64,000 nt of DNA. Origin: an uncultured delta proteobacterium. Lineage in GTDB: Bacteria; Desulfobacterota; Binatia; UBA9968. Numbering within the stretch: position 1 is the first letter of the stretch; every line of letters begins with the position of its first letter. A program made the position numbers and the translations under genes. The notes beneath the pieces are model-generated. The model saw only the letters and a program-made list of their open reading frames with translations, ran no database searches and had not been told where the DNA came from. Shown here piece by piece: positions 20,467-29,591 of the stretch. The stretch covers positions 64,001-128,000 of the forward strand of contig CAVSLC010000013.1 in assembly GCA_963728565.1 (NCBI GenBank). The letters are read 5' to 3'.

Positions 20467-20552
20467 GGTTATAATGGGAATGCTGCGCGCATAGTCGACC
20501 TTCAACGCGATCTGTTATCATCCAACGCGCGATCTGCTAGCTTTACGCTGGC

Positions 20553-21095
20553 ATGAAAAAGACGACTGGTATGAAACCTGAACAATTGATGATTCAACCC
20601 GGCCTTCGTTGGTATGCAATTCAGACTAAAGGGAACAAGGAAAAAGAGGTAGCCAAGAGGCTGACGGATTTGAAGTTTGAAATGTTTCTGCCTTGGCTGC
20701 GCGATCGCCGGCGCATCGGCAGCAAATATCATTGGGTGCTGGTGCCGTTGTTTCCAGGTTATTTATTTTGCCGCTTGGATGTAGTCGTATCGGGAAAGAC
20801 CGCGCGTTACTCGCCCGGCGTGAAAGATTTCCTAAGATTTGGCAACGAAATAACCGAGATTCCCAACGATATCATTGTCGCATTAAAGGAGCGCTGCCCG
20901 GATGGCATCGCAGCCGTCAATCCGGTGTCCCTGGCCGCCGGCGACTCGGTCAGCATCAACGAAGGACCTTTTGCCGGTCTTCAGGCGATCTTTGAGAAGA
21001 AGATGAAGGGCAGCGAGCGGGTTGCCGTGTTACTAGAGCTTCTCGGCCGGCAAACACGACTCATCCTGCCCAGCGAAACCGTTACCAGACTTTGA
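20553..21095 (+). CDS. NusG paralog, RfaH/UpxY-like transcription antiterminator
   Basis: WYAIQTKGNKE, PLFPGYLFC, SPGVKDFLRFG (NGN domain); KOW GDSVSINEGPFAGL, RVAVLLELLGR. Confidence 0.85.
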   Translation: MKKTTGMKPEQLMIQPGLRWYAIQTKGNKEKEVAKRLTDLKFEMFLPWLRDRRRIGSKYHWVLVPLFPGYLFCRLDVVVSGKTARYSPGVKDFLRFGNEITEIPNDIIVALKERCPDGIAAVNPVSLAAGDSVSINEGPFAGLQAIFEKKMKGSERVAVLLELLGRQTRLILPSETVTRL

Positions 21096-21246
21096 CCCGT
21101 CCCGGTCGCTAAGTGACGCAACGCCACTCGCAGTCGAAACTCACCACTAATGAATCGCCGGCGCAGAACAGTCGCCACCTTGACATGCCCCGAGCGCTAT
21201 TGATAAATGCCAGGCGCTCCAAGGCATACTTCACGGGGAGGACGAG

Positions 21247-23772
21247 ATGCGTCATCAAGGTTGGCACCGGCGAGGGCTGCTGGTTATCTTTGCGGTTTTC
21301 GCATTTCTCATAGTAAGCGGAACAGTGCTTTCCTCTCTCCAGTGGATTCACAAACCGTTTCCCGGGTTCTTCTTGCATGAAAATCTAACCGTCGGGCCGT
21401 ACTCTTTGCCCCATTGGACCGGCGGTGTTTCAGGGCTTCGATCTCTGGATCTCATCATCAAGATCGATGACAGCCCGATAGGCGGGCGCGCCGAGCTCTA
21501 CGAGCGCGTGCGCAACCTTCCGGTAGGCACCGCTTTGACTTATACAATCGGTCGGCGTTCACACACTGTCGAATTAACCATTCCCAACATGATGTTCACC
21601 TGGCAAGACTGGTTTTTAAGTTTTGGGGTTTACGTCTTCACCGGATTGGCATTCTTGTTAATCGGTGTGGCGCCTTATTGTTTTCGAGCAAACTCGCCGG
21701 CAGCTTTGCCACTGTCCTTCATGGTGATCGCCGTGTTCGTTTGGTTTGAAAGCACCTTCGATTTCATGACGGATGGGTTTGTTCCGAAGGAGATGCGCCT
21801 ATTTGGCATGATTCTCACGCCGAGCGCGGGCATACATTTAGCCCTACTCCTGAAGCAAGGACGGCCTGTACGATACAAAAATCCCGTTCTCCTGGTATTC
21901 ATCTATGGAACGGCCGTGGCACTCGGCGCGTTGAACAGTCTCACCTTCCATGGACCGCCCGAACTATGGATCGACATATTTCGCATTAATTATATTTATA
22001 CCTGTATCGGAGCTTTAGCCTTCCTGACGATTGTCGGCTCGGCGTTGAGGAAGACCGCTACGGCTCTGGAGCGCTCGCGTTTGCGGGTAATGTTCGTCGG
22101 CGCGGTTCTTGGTTTTCTACTGCCTACCATCGCTACTGTGTTAACCAGCACGTTCCAATGGGCGATACCTTATAACCTGGCAATGATCTCAACGGTATTT
22201 TTTCCCCTATCGGTCGCTTATGCGCTTTTAAAATACAGCTTGTTCGATCTGGGTAACACGCTCAAGGCAGGACTCACCCGACTATCATTGATGGTGTTCC
22301 TCTTGGCGCTTTATGCGGCTATCTTTTTCCTCGTTGGACCGTCGGTCGGAATCTACGACAAGGATCCGCTGACGCCGCTGTTTTTCTCGATACTGGTGGT
22401 TCTGATCTTCAATCCGGTGCTACGCGGCATCGAAGCGCTTGTCGATCGTTATATTTACCGACAGGAGTATGATCCGGTAAAGGCACATCGCGACATCAGT
22501 TTATTTCTCCGGTCACTTACAACTGCTCGGATACTCGCGAACGGATTTTTAGAGCGGGTTACCTCAACACTGGGCATCGAGAAGGCCGTCTTGATTTACC
22601 GTTCCCCTGCCACGAAAAATGCTTTAACCGCTGCAACCGATGGAATGGAAGTAAATTTTATCCCGATTCTTGATTGCGCACGCGTTTTGTGGAGAGCTGA
22701 GCACGTAGCGGGGTTTAGAGGGTTGTCCCGCGGCGAAGTCCTGGCAAATCCGGTCTTTGAACCGGAGCGCAAAGAGTGGTTGGCTATGTTCGAGCCTCTC
22801 GGTTCTGAACTTATGATACCGATTGTCTTTGAACAGGAGGTGCGCGGCTTAGTTTCTTATTCGGTGAAAAGAGGGGGGAGGGACTATCGCGGGGATGACT
22901 TGAGCCTATTGGGCACTCTGACTGAGCAGTTGGCCCTCTCATTGGAAAACGGCATAAGGTATGAACAGTCGGAAAAAGCCAAAGACGAGTACCACCGGCT
23001 TTATGATGAGGCGGAGCGCGCCAAACGGAAGTTGATCGACAATGATCGCATTAAGAAGGATTTTGTCGCTAACATCTGTCATGAACTACGCACGCCGGTC
23101 AGTACCCTGATAGGTTTTAGCGAGATCCTCCTCAACCGCGAACTTCCAGTTGAAACACGCGATATCCTGAAGACAATGTTGAGCAATGGACAAGATCTAT
23201 CGAATATGATGGATGGCCTACTGAACTTCTCCCGAATGGAGGCCGATGCCGAGCCGAACAGTTTCGAGCACATCAATGTAAAAGATCTAGTGGGCGGGCT
23301 GGAGCTTGTGACACAGAGACTTATCCGCGGCCGCCCCATTCAATTTAGAATCAACATCGAAGACGCCATCGAGACCATCAACAGCGATCCGAGAAAACTT
23401 CAGCAGATACTGCTTCAGCTGTTAACCAACGCGCTTAAGTTTACTGAAAAGGGAGCGGTTGAAGTTCGGATCGCAACTATCTACGTTCAAAGCGGCCGAT
23501 TGTTGGAAATCGCTGTGTCAGATACCGGAATCGGTATAGATAAGAACGATCAGGACATCATCTTCGAAGGATTTCGCCAGTTGGACGGATCATCGAGCCG
23601 CCGTTTCGGCGGCACTGGAGTGGGCTTGAGCCTATGCAGCAAGCTTGCTGCAGCGCTCGGCGGTAAGATCAGTGTGAAGAGCGAACTCGGTTCGGGAAGT
23701 GTCTTTAGTGTATTTCTACCCCTCACAGTTGCCGAAGAACATTCGCAACCAAGTCAGGGCTCAGCGTGTTAA
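21247..23772 (+). CDS. Sensor histidine kinase: PDZ-like extracytoplasmic domain, multi-TM region, GAF-like domain, HisKA-HATPase
   Basis: GLRSLDLIIKIDD (PDZ-like), many TM helices, ICHELRTP (H box), LLTNALKF (N box), DTGIGI (G1), GGTGVGL (G2). Confidence 0.88.
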   Translation: MRHQGWHRRGLLVIFAVFAFLIVSGTVLSSLQWIHKPFPGFFLHENLTVGPYSLPHWTGGVSGLRSLDLIIKIDDSPIGGRAELYERVRNLPVGTALTYTIGRRSHTVELTIPNMMFTWQDWFLSFGVYVFTGLAFLLIGVAPYCFRANSPAALPLSFMVIAVFVWFESTFDFMTDGFVPKEMRLFGMILTPSAGIHLALLLKQGRPVRYKNPVLLVFIYGTAVALGALNSLTFHGPPELWIDIFRINYIYTCIGALAFLTIVGSALRKTATALERSRLRVMFVGAVLGFLLPTIATVLTSTFQWAIPYNLAMISTVFFPLSVAYALLKYSLFDLGNTLKAGLTRLSLMVFLLALYAAIFFLVGPSVGIYDKDPLTPLFFSILVVLIFNPVLRGIEALVDRYIYRQEYDPVKAHRDISLFLRSLTTARILANGFLERVTSTLGIEKAVLIYRSPATKNALTAATDGMEVNFIPILDCARVLWRAEHVAGFRGLSRGEVLANPVFEPERKEWLAMFEPLGSELMIPIVFEQEVRGLVSYSVKRGGRDYRGDDLSLLGTLTEQLALSLENGIRYEQSEKAKDEYHRLYDEAERAKRKLIDNDRIKKDFVANICHELRTPVSTLIGFSEILLNRELPVETRDILKTMLSNGQDLSNMMDGLLNFSRMEADAEPNSFEHINVKDLVGGLELVTQRLIRGRPIQFRINIEDAIETINSDPRKLQQILLQLLTNALKFTEKGAVEVRIATIYVQSGRLLEIAVSDTGIGIDKNDQDIIFEGFRQLDGSSSRRFGGTGVGLSLCSKLAAALGGKISVKSELGSGSVFSVFLPLTVAEEHSQPSQGSAC

Positions 23773-23834
23773 TGTGATTACGAGGTTTACGCGATTGACT
23801 CATGTGAGGCCCTTAGGTAGCTAAGAAAACCACG

Positions 23835-24497
23835 ATGACAGGTAAAGTGATGACGGGCAAAGATTTCGTCGCGGAATTGCTGGTGATGGTGGATGATTTC
23901 TGCCGAACTCTGGAGACGCAGCCGCCAGCCTACAGCTACATTCCGCTCACGAGCGACGAAGAACGCATTCGGGTGATGAAGAGCCGCCTGCATAACGAAG
24001 TGCGCGCGGCCGAACTGTTTGGAACGTGGCTCAAGACAACTCCCGAGCTTGAAGTCAAAGCCATAATGGCCGAATCGGCGCATGAGGAAATGGAGCACGC
24101 GGAACTGCTGTCAAGTCGGATCACCGATCTCGGTTTCGAGCCCTTTGATTATCAACCGTTGCCTGCTCAGACGGCGATGTTTAATGCGATCGAGGGACTC
24201 ACCGACACATGTCAACGTATGGCTGGATTTTCACTGGCCGGGGAAGCCGTGGCAACTTACCTGACCCAGAAGAGTTTACAAGCTTCTACAGTTCCCGACT
24301 GGATCAAACAACCCTATCGAAAAATTGCCCAGGATGAAGAAGGGCACGGTAGCATCCCACAGGAAATTCTGCAGCGTTACGCGATCACTGGAGAGCGTCA
24401 GGAAGGAGCGCGCCGGGCAGTGGCTATGCGGCTGGTGTTATTTCGTGAATACCTGAACAGCCTGGACCGTTGGGCAATGGGCAAAGATCGATGGTGA
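23835..24497 (+). CDS. Ferritin-like diiron-carboxylate protein
   Basis: E...ExxH...E...ExxH pattern: NEVRAAE, EEMEH, GEAVA, DEEGH. Confidence 0.75.
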   Translation: MTGKVMTGKDFVAELLVMVDDFCRTLETQPPAYSYIPLTSDEERIRVMKSRLHNEVRAAELFGTWLKTTPELEVKAIMAESAHEEMEHAELLSSRITDLGFEPFDYQPLPAQTAMFNAIEGLTDTCQRMAGFSLAGEAVATYLTQKSLQASTVPDWIKQPYRKIAQDEEGHGSIPQEILQRYAITGERQEGARRAVAMRLVLFREYLNSLDRWAMGKDRW

Positions 24498-24502
24498 CTC
24501 GG

Positions 24503-24829
24503 CTATTCCTCGTTCTGAACGGTTTCGCATCTAGGACAGACGAGCGGCGATGGTCCGAGTAAGATTGACCAGCCACAGTCCCTGCAGGTTGTTACCGGTT
24601 CTCCCAGCATGCCACGAACCGCGGCGCCGCAACGCTTCGCCCCGCAGGGGCCCGTTCCGATACCGGTACGCTTACTAACCATCTCGAAGGTCTTTGCACC
24701 GGCTTGAATGGCTTTCACCACGATGCCTTTACGTATTTTATTGCACAGACAAATCGGGCGAAGATTATCTATGATAGCCTGTTTTTTGGCCTCGTTATCA
24801 AGTTCGTTGATAGCATCACTCCCTTCCAA
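24503..24829 (-). CDS. BFD-like [2Fe-2S] protein with C-terminal CxxC...CxxC ribbon
   Basis: ICLCNKI...GTGPCGAKRC (BFD-type) followed by CRDC-x12-CPRC. Confidence 0.75.
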   Translation of the reverse strand: MEGSDAINELDNEAKKQAIIDNLRPICLCNKIRKGIVVKAIQAGAKTFEMVSKRTGIGTGPCGAKRCGAAVRGMLGEPVTTCRDCGWSILLGPSPLVCPRCETVQNEE

Positions 24830-24836
24830 TCACATT

Positions 24837-25850
24837 CTAGCACGAATTCTTAACGCCTGCCTCCTTACTGGCAATTATCAGAGACGAGTTCAGCGGCGCG
24901 GGCAAGTCTATCTGCCTGATGTGCGTCAGACCCGCTGCCAACATCCAAGCCGTCACTTCGTCCGCTGCGTAGCAACGTCCTGCTACGGTGGTTAGCAGCA
25001 TCAGCAAACTAAAAAGGGCGCCGACTGGGGGGTTGGCGCGTGTGCTATCTAGAATATGATCCTTGACGATAATGCTGCCGCCGGGTTTTAGCACCGAGCT
25101 AAGATCGACCATGAGCCGTTGGTTTACTTCAAAGCTTTCGCTGTGAATGATATTGGAAAGAAAAATCACATCGTAGCTGCCGGGAATTTCGTCAACACGG
25201 TAATCACCGCTGATCAGACGGATTCGACTGCTTAGACCGGCCTCCCGGACGTAACATTCAGTGAGTGCGAGAGTCGCCGGCAAGTCGAAAATGGTCGCGC
25301 GCAGATTCGAAAATCTCTGACAAAGCGAGATCGGATAGGTGGCTGGTCCCGAACCGACATCGAGAAGCTCGTGAGCATTGTCCCAGTCGAAGGCTTCGGC
25401 CATGATCTCCGCATCGCCGCGCGCCTTGACCAGGGAATCCATAGCATCGATGAAAATCGCGGTCTCCGTCGGATTCTCTTGATACATATCCGCCGGGCGA
25501 ACAGGTCGGCCATTGCGGATAGCCTCGGTCAACGATGCCCAACAATGCCATAGGGAGGCTTCGAAACGAATCATGCCGCCGAGATAGCCGGGAGCACCTC
25601 GTTTAAGATACCTTGCCGATAAATCCGTGAGTGAAAATCGGTCTTCGCCTTTGCGCAATAAACCTAGAGCTGTCAAAGCATTGAGCATCAACTCGGTAGC
25701 GCGAGGTTCTAGATCTAGTGAGGCGGCAATGCTCGCCGCTTCCAAGGCATGGCTTCCCACGATGTCGAAAATCTCCAGCTCCACCGCCGTCTGGACTATT
25801 CGGGCTTCGACATGGCCGCCGGCTAATTTCATTAGATCCGAATATTCCAT
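24837..25850 (-). CDS. SAM-dependent O-methyltransferase (dimerisation domain + Methyltransf_2)
   Basis: AVELEIFD, LLDVGSGP, IFDLP, GDY, LSNIIH, LKPGG. Confidence 0.88.
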   Translation of the reverse strand: MEYSDLMKLAGGHVEARIVQTAVELEIFDIVGSHALEAASIAASLDLEPRATELMLNALTALGLLRKGEDRFSLTDLSARYLKRGAPGYLGGMIRFEASLWHCWASLTEAIRNGRPVRPADMYQENPTETAIFIDAMDSLVKARGDAEIMAEAFDWDNAHELLDVGSGPATYPISLCQRFSNLRATIFDLPATLALTECYVREAGLSSRIRLISGDYRVDEIPGSYDVIFLSNIIHSESFEVNQRLMVDLSSVLKPGGSIIVKDHILDSTRANPPVGALFSLLMLLTTVAGRCYAADEVTAWMLAAGLTHIRQIDLPAPLNSSLIIASKEAGVKNSC

Positions 25851-25858
25851 GCCAGTTC

Positions 25859-27331
25859 TTAGAGGCGTTCAATGATTCGATAGCTTCTGCTTTTCGGTTT
25901 AACAGGCGCTACGATGCCGCTTTTGACCATCAGACGGATATCTCGATAGGCAGTGTCCCGATCGACTTCCGCAATTCTCTCATAGTCGGTGGTCGAGAAA
26001 GTTTTGCCATGACAATAGGCGTAAGCGAGCAGGCGACGCTGTCGCAAGTTGACCGACGACGCGGCGAATTGATTTAGCCAGCGCAAGGTGTCGTCGTCGT
26101 AGACCGGCGCATTTCTAAGCGTAACCGTGAAGATAAACCCATTGGTGGAAAATTCCGGCGGATTTAGCCCGTAGGTTTCCATCTCCTGAAACATTCTCGG
26201 CACTCCTTCGCCCATCTCACGCAGATAACCCATATCAGCTAAGACGCGGACGATGAGCGGGTTGCGGGAGAAGTGAATGCTCTTGTGCTGGCGTATTTGT
26301 TCGAGGCTTACAGGAAGGGGCGGAGGACCGGGGCTTCGCACAGTTATGTGATCGTCAAACATCCAAACCTCGATGGAAGCGCCGCTCAGGGCATAGTCCC
26401 GGTGAGCGACGGCGTTCACAACGGCTTCCTGCCATGCGAAGGTCGGATACTCTAGACGCTCGCGAAAGAAAAGATCATGTAATATGGTTCGCTCGCGAAT
26501 GTGCTCCTTAATCCTCCCAACCGCTTCATCGATTAGGCGGGCCAGCGGCCCGTCGAAACGTAATCGCTTGACGACGTTCAATGCCGCGCCATACTGCCGC
26601 TCGGGGCCTTCATACTTGACGAAGTCAATGCCGCATCTCGGGTGCCAGCGGCTGGGGTCTTTAGCGAACAGCAGCAATGCCGCCATATTTGGAGCGGGAA
26701 GCGCGCGAGAATTGTCAAGCAAATGATAGGACTGAGCGAGGACGCTCTCGGGTTGCCGTGGATCCTGGATTTTATGAAGAAACTCCTGGATAAGGTCCAA
26801 ATCGAGATCCTGCCAAGTCGCATTGAGCGCCTGCTGTCGCTCGTAAAACACCGTCTTCTTGGCTTCTTTTAGCGAATGAATCTGTTCCGATGGCAACGCC
26901 GCGGTTTCCGCCGCTAGTCGGTAGTACGATCGGCCTCCGGCGATCCTATAGATTTCAAGGCTGGAACCGACCTCCAACTTTAGGAGCTGTAGATTGCCTA
27001 CCCAAACTGTTTCTGATGCCGGCCTGAGAGCCGGGCGCAGTAGACTTTGTGGCGCCTGCAGCAATGCGACGAGCTCTTTAGCGTCGTATGGGATTCCGGT
27101 TATGGTTTTATCGGCCTCGACACCCACCAGCAGGGTTCCGCCGTCGGCGTTTGCCATCCCGGAGAGAATACGCGCAACTTCTCGACCGAGCTCTTCTTCC
27201 CTCTTCTTTTGCGGTCCGCCGCGCCGATGTTCGTAGGCGCTCAGGAAATCCAAGAACTGTCCGCGTTCCTGCTGAAGCAGGAGTCCAATTGCATCGGCGT
27301 GCATAGCGCAAGCTTTAGAGCTGAAACTCAC
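25859..27331 (-). CDS. AlbA_2 (Schlafen-like) + HATPase_c_4 + wHTH protein
   Basis: MANADGGTLLVGV, EAVVNAVAHRDY, RNPLIVRVLADMGYLREMGEGVPRM, C-terminal DRDTAYRDI HTH. Confidence 0.82.
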   Translation of the reverse strand: MSFSSKACAMHADAIGLLLQQERGQFLDFLSAYEHRRGGPQKKREEELGREVARILSGMANADGGTLLVGVEADKTITGIPYDAKELVALLQAPQSLLRPALRPASETVWVGNLQLLKLEVGSSLEIYRIAGGRSYYRLAAETAALPSEQIHSLKEAKKTVFYERQQALNATWQDLDLDLIQEFLHKIQDPRQPESVLAQSYHLLDNSRALPAPNMAALLLFAKDPSRWHPRCGIDFVKYEGPERQYGAALNVVKRLRFDGPLARLIDEAVGRIKEHIRERTILHDLFFRERLEYPTFAWQEAVVNAVAHRDYALSGASIEVWMFDDHITVRSPGPPPLPVSLEQIRQHKSIHFSRNPLIVRVLADMGYLREMGEGVPRMFQEMETYGLNPPEFSTNGFIFTVTLRNAPVYDDDTLRWLNQFAASSVNLRQRRLLAYAYCHGKTFSTTDYERIAEVDRDTAYRDIRLMVKSGIVAPVKPKSRSYRIIERL

Positions 27332-27358
27332 TGGGTCGTGCCGGGTTGCGCATCCGTT

Positions 27359-28507
27359 TTACGGGTTGTCAGCGTTAAGTCGAACCACTTCCAGTACAAT
27401 CTGAGCTGACAGATTAAGATCCTTGAGATCGAGCCATTCTTTCACCGTGTGGATCTCGCGCATACCGGTAGATAGATTTGCGACCTCCAAGCCTTTTTGA
27501 TTGAGTATATTGGCGTCACACCCGCCACCGGTGGCGAGAGTTTTTACGTCTACCCGCAAATTCTTGGCCGCGGCACGCACAAGCTGTACGATCGCAGCTC
27601 CGTCCGAAACATCCATGCGGTCATAATCTCGCTCGATTTTGGCGTCCACAGTGGCGGTGAATTGTGCTCCACCCACTTCCAATGTGTGACGGGCCGCAGC
27701 GTCTTGGAGGCAGCGTAGCATCTGTTCTGTTTGTCGTTCCAATTTCTCTTCGCTGTGACTACGCGCCTCCCCCTTTAAAATGACTGAGTTCGGCACGATG
27801 TTGACGGCCATGCCTCCCTCAATGACGCCAATGTTCGCGGTGGTTTCATGATCAATGCGCCCCAAGGACATCCGTGCGACACCGTCAGCAGCAACTTTGA
27901 TCGCGTTGACGCCTTTCTCCGGACAGACACCAGCATGTGCTTCAAGGCCGTGGACTCGGAATTCCATACGATTGGCGGCAGGGGCCTTGGTAAATAAAAA
28001 ACCTACCGAGTCGCTGTCGAGTACCAGTCCGGTACGGGCGCGAAGCCGGTTCACATCCAACCATTTGGCGCCGATTAGCCCGGCTTCCTCACAGATCGTG
28101 AAAACCACATCCACGTCGCTGCAGGGAAAGCGATTTTCTTTGACTACCCGTAGCACCTCACAGATGATCGCGACGCCGCTCTTGTCATCTCCGCCTAGAA
28201 CCGTGCGACCATCGGTTCGCAGAATATCCCCATCGAGAATCGGAACGATGCCTTCTCCCGGCACGACCGTGTCCATGTGAGCCGAGAGTAAGATAGGCAT
28301 TGCTTCTGGCGCCGTGCCCGTGAAGTGCGCGATGACGTTGCCGACATTCCCGCCGACTCTCTCGCCGGCATCGTCGATCGAAACCCGCGCCCCCAAATCC
28401 TCCATCTCGCGCTTGAGGCGCATCGCGACATCGTATTCCTTGCGCGACAGGCTGTCGATCTTGATCAATTCAATCAGGAGATTTTTAAGTCGTTCGGGAT
28501 TAATCAA
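27359..28507 (-). CDS. M20 family metallopeptidase (peptidase T-like)
   Basis: SAHMDTV, GGDDKSG, CEEAGL, GGGCDAN, IHTVKE. Confidence 0.9.
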   Translation of the reverse strand: MINPERLKNLLIELIKIDSLSRKEYDVAMRLKREMEDLGARVSIDDAGERVGGNVGNVIAHFTGTAPEAMPILLSAHMDTVVPGEGIVPILDGDILRTDGRTVLGGDDKSGVAIICEVLRVVKENRFPCSDVDVVFTICEEAGLIGAKWLDVNRLRARTGLVLDSDSVGFLFTKAPAANRMEFRVHGLEAHAGVCPEKGVNAIKVAADGVARMSLGRIDHETTANIGVIEGGMAVNIVPNSVILKGEARSHSEEKLERQTEQMLRCLQDAAARHTLEVGGAQFTATVDAKIERDYDRMDVSDGAAIVQLVRAAAKNLRVDVKTLATGGGCDANILNQKGLEVANLSTGMREIHTVKEWLDLKDLNLSAQIVLEVVRLNADNP

Positions 28508-28570
28508 AATTTACCTCGCTCTCATGTTTTGACCTCCAAAGATGGAACTCAATCTGCCACAGTACGCAAT

Positions 28571-29548
28571 TTATTTCCAAGAGAATAACGGCAGCTGCAC
28601 AGAGAGGGTTTGTTCCAGAGGAGGTTTTTGCGGCAGCGTGACGAGTCCGATGGCGCGTGTAAATTCATGACCATGATCGAGAAGCTTGACAAGATTGTTG
28701 AATTCCAGCTCTTCAAACAGCGATCTCAGTTTATCCCGACTGGGGCCTTTGAATCGCAGCTCTTGCAGATCGATCTGCATAGGCACGTTCTTCTTGATGG
28801 TGGCCAGACCCCGGCTGAGGAAAGCCGTCTCCTTGCTTTTTTGAAGAGCTTCTCGCAGACGCGCCACGCCACGAATATTGCTTTGTTGCAATTGCTCGAG
28901 ATTACCGTATAGATCTTCCAGATCACGAAATCGCTGCATCAGAGCGATCGCGGTTTTTTGTCCAACACCTTTCACACCGGGAATATTGTCGACAACATCA
29001 CCCATCAATCCCAAAATTTCGGGAACCCTCTCGGGCTCTACGCCGAATCTCGCCTTCACCTCGCGTGTGCCGATCCAGCGCTCCTTGACGCTATCAAATA
29101 GTGAGACTCTATCGGTGACCAGCTGCATCAAATCTTTATCGCTGGAGACCACAATCAAGGCACAGTCTTCATCACACAGTGTTGCGCACAGGGTTCCGAT
29201 GAGATCGTCAGCCTCATAATCCTGAAGTTCAAGAACGACGACGTTCATGGCATCGAGGACTCTGCGAATGTATGGAAGTTGCAGAACCAGATCCGGCGGA
29301 GCTTGGCGCCGATTGCTCTTATATTCGACGAACATCTGGTTGCGAAAAGTTTGGCGGCCGGCGTCGAGAGCCACTGCGAGATATTCAGGTTGATGACGCT
29401 TGAGGAGCTTCATCATAAAGCTTATGAATCCGTACGTGGCGTTGGTGGGAAAACCTGCGGAGTTAACCGCCGGTGGTAAGGCGAAAAACGCTCGATAAAT
29501 ATAAGAACTGCCGTCTATCAGAAATAGTCGGGGTACCCGACCAGGCAT
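28571..29548 (-). CDS. Stand-alone 5'-3' exonuclease / flap endonuclease (PolA N-terminal-like, no polymerase domain)
   Basis: LIDGSSYIYRAFFA, YKSNR, EADDLIG, SSDKDLMQL, GDVVDNIPGVKGVGQKTA. Start placed at ATG 29548. Confidence 0.88.
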   Translation of the reverse strand: MPGRVPRLFLIDGSSYIYRAFFALPPAVNSAGFPTNATYGFISFMMKLLKRHQPEYLAVALDAGRQTFRNQMFVEYKSNRRQAPPDLVLQLPYIRRVLDAMNVVVLELQDYEADDLIGTLCATLCDEDCALIVVSSDKDLMQLVTDRVSLFDSVKERWIGTREVKARFGVEPERVPEILGLMGDVVDNIPGVKGVGQKTAIALMQRFRDLEDLYGNLEQLQQSNIRGVARLREALQKSKETAFLSRGLATIKKNVPMQIDLQELRFKGPSRDKLRSLFEELEFNNLVKLLDHGHEFTRAIGLVTLPQKPPLEQTLSVQLPLFSWK

Positions 29549-29591
29549 AATTGATGCGCTTTCCGCGACGTCCAAACAAGAGGCGGCTGAA

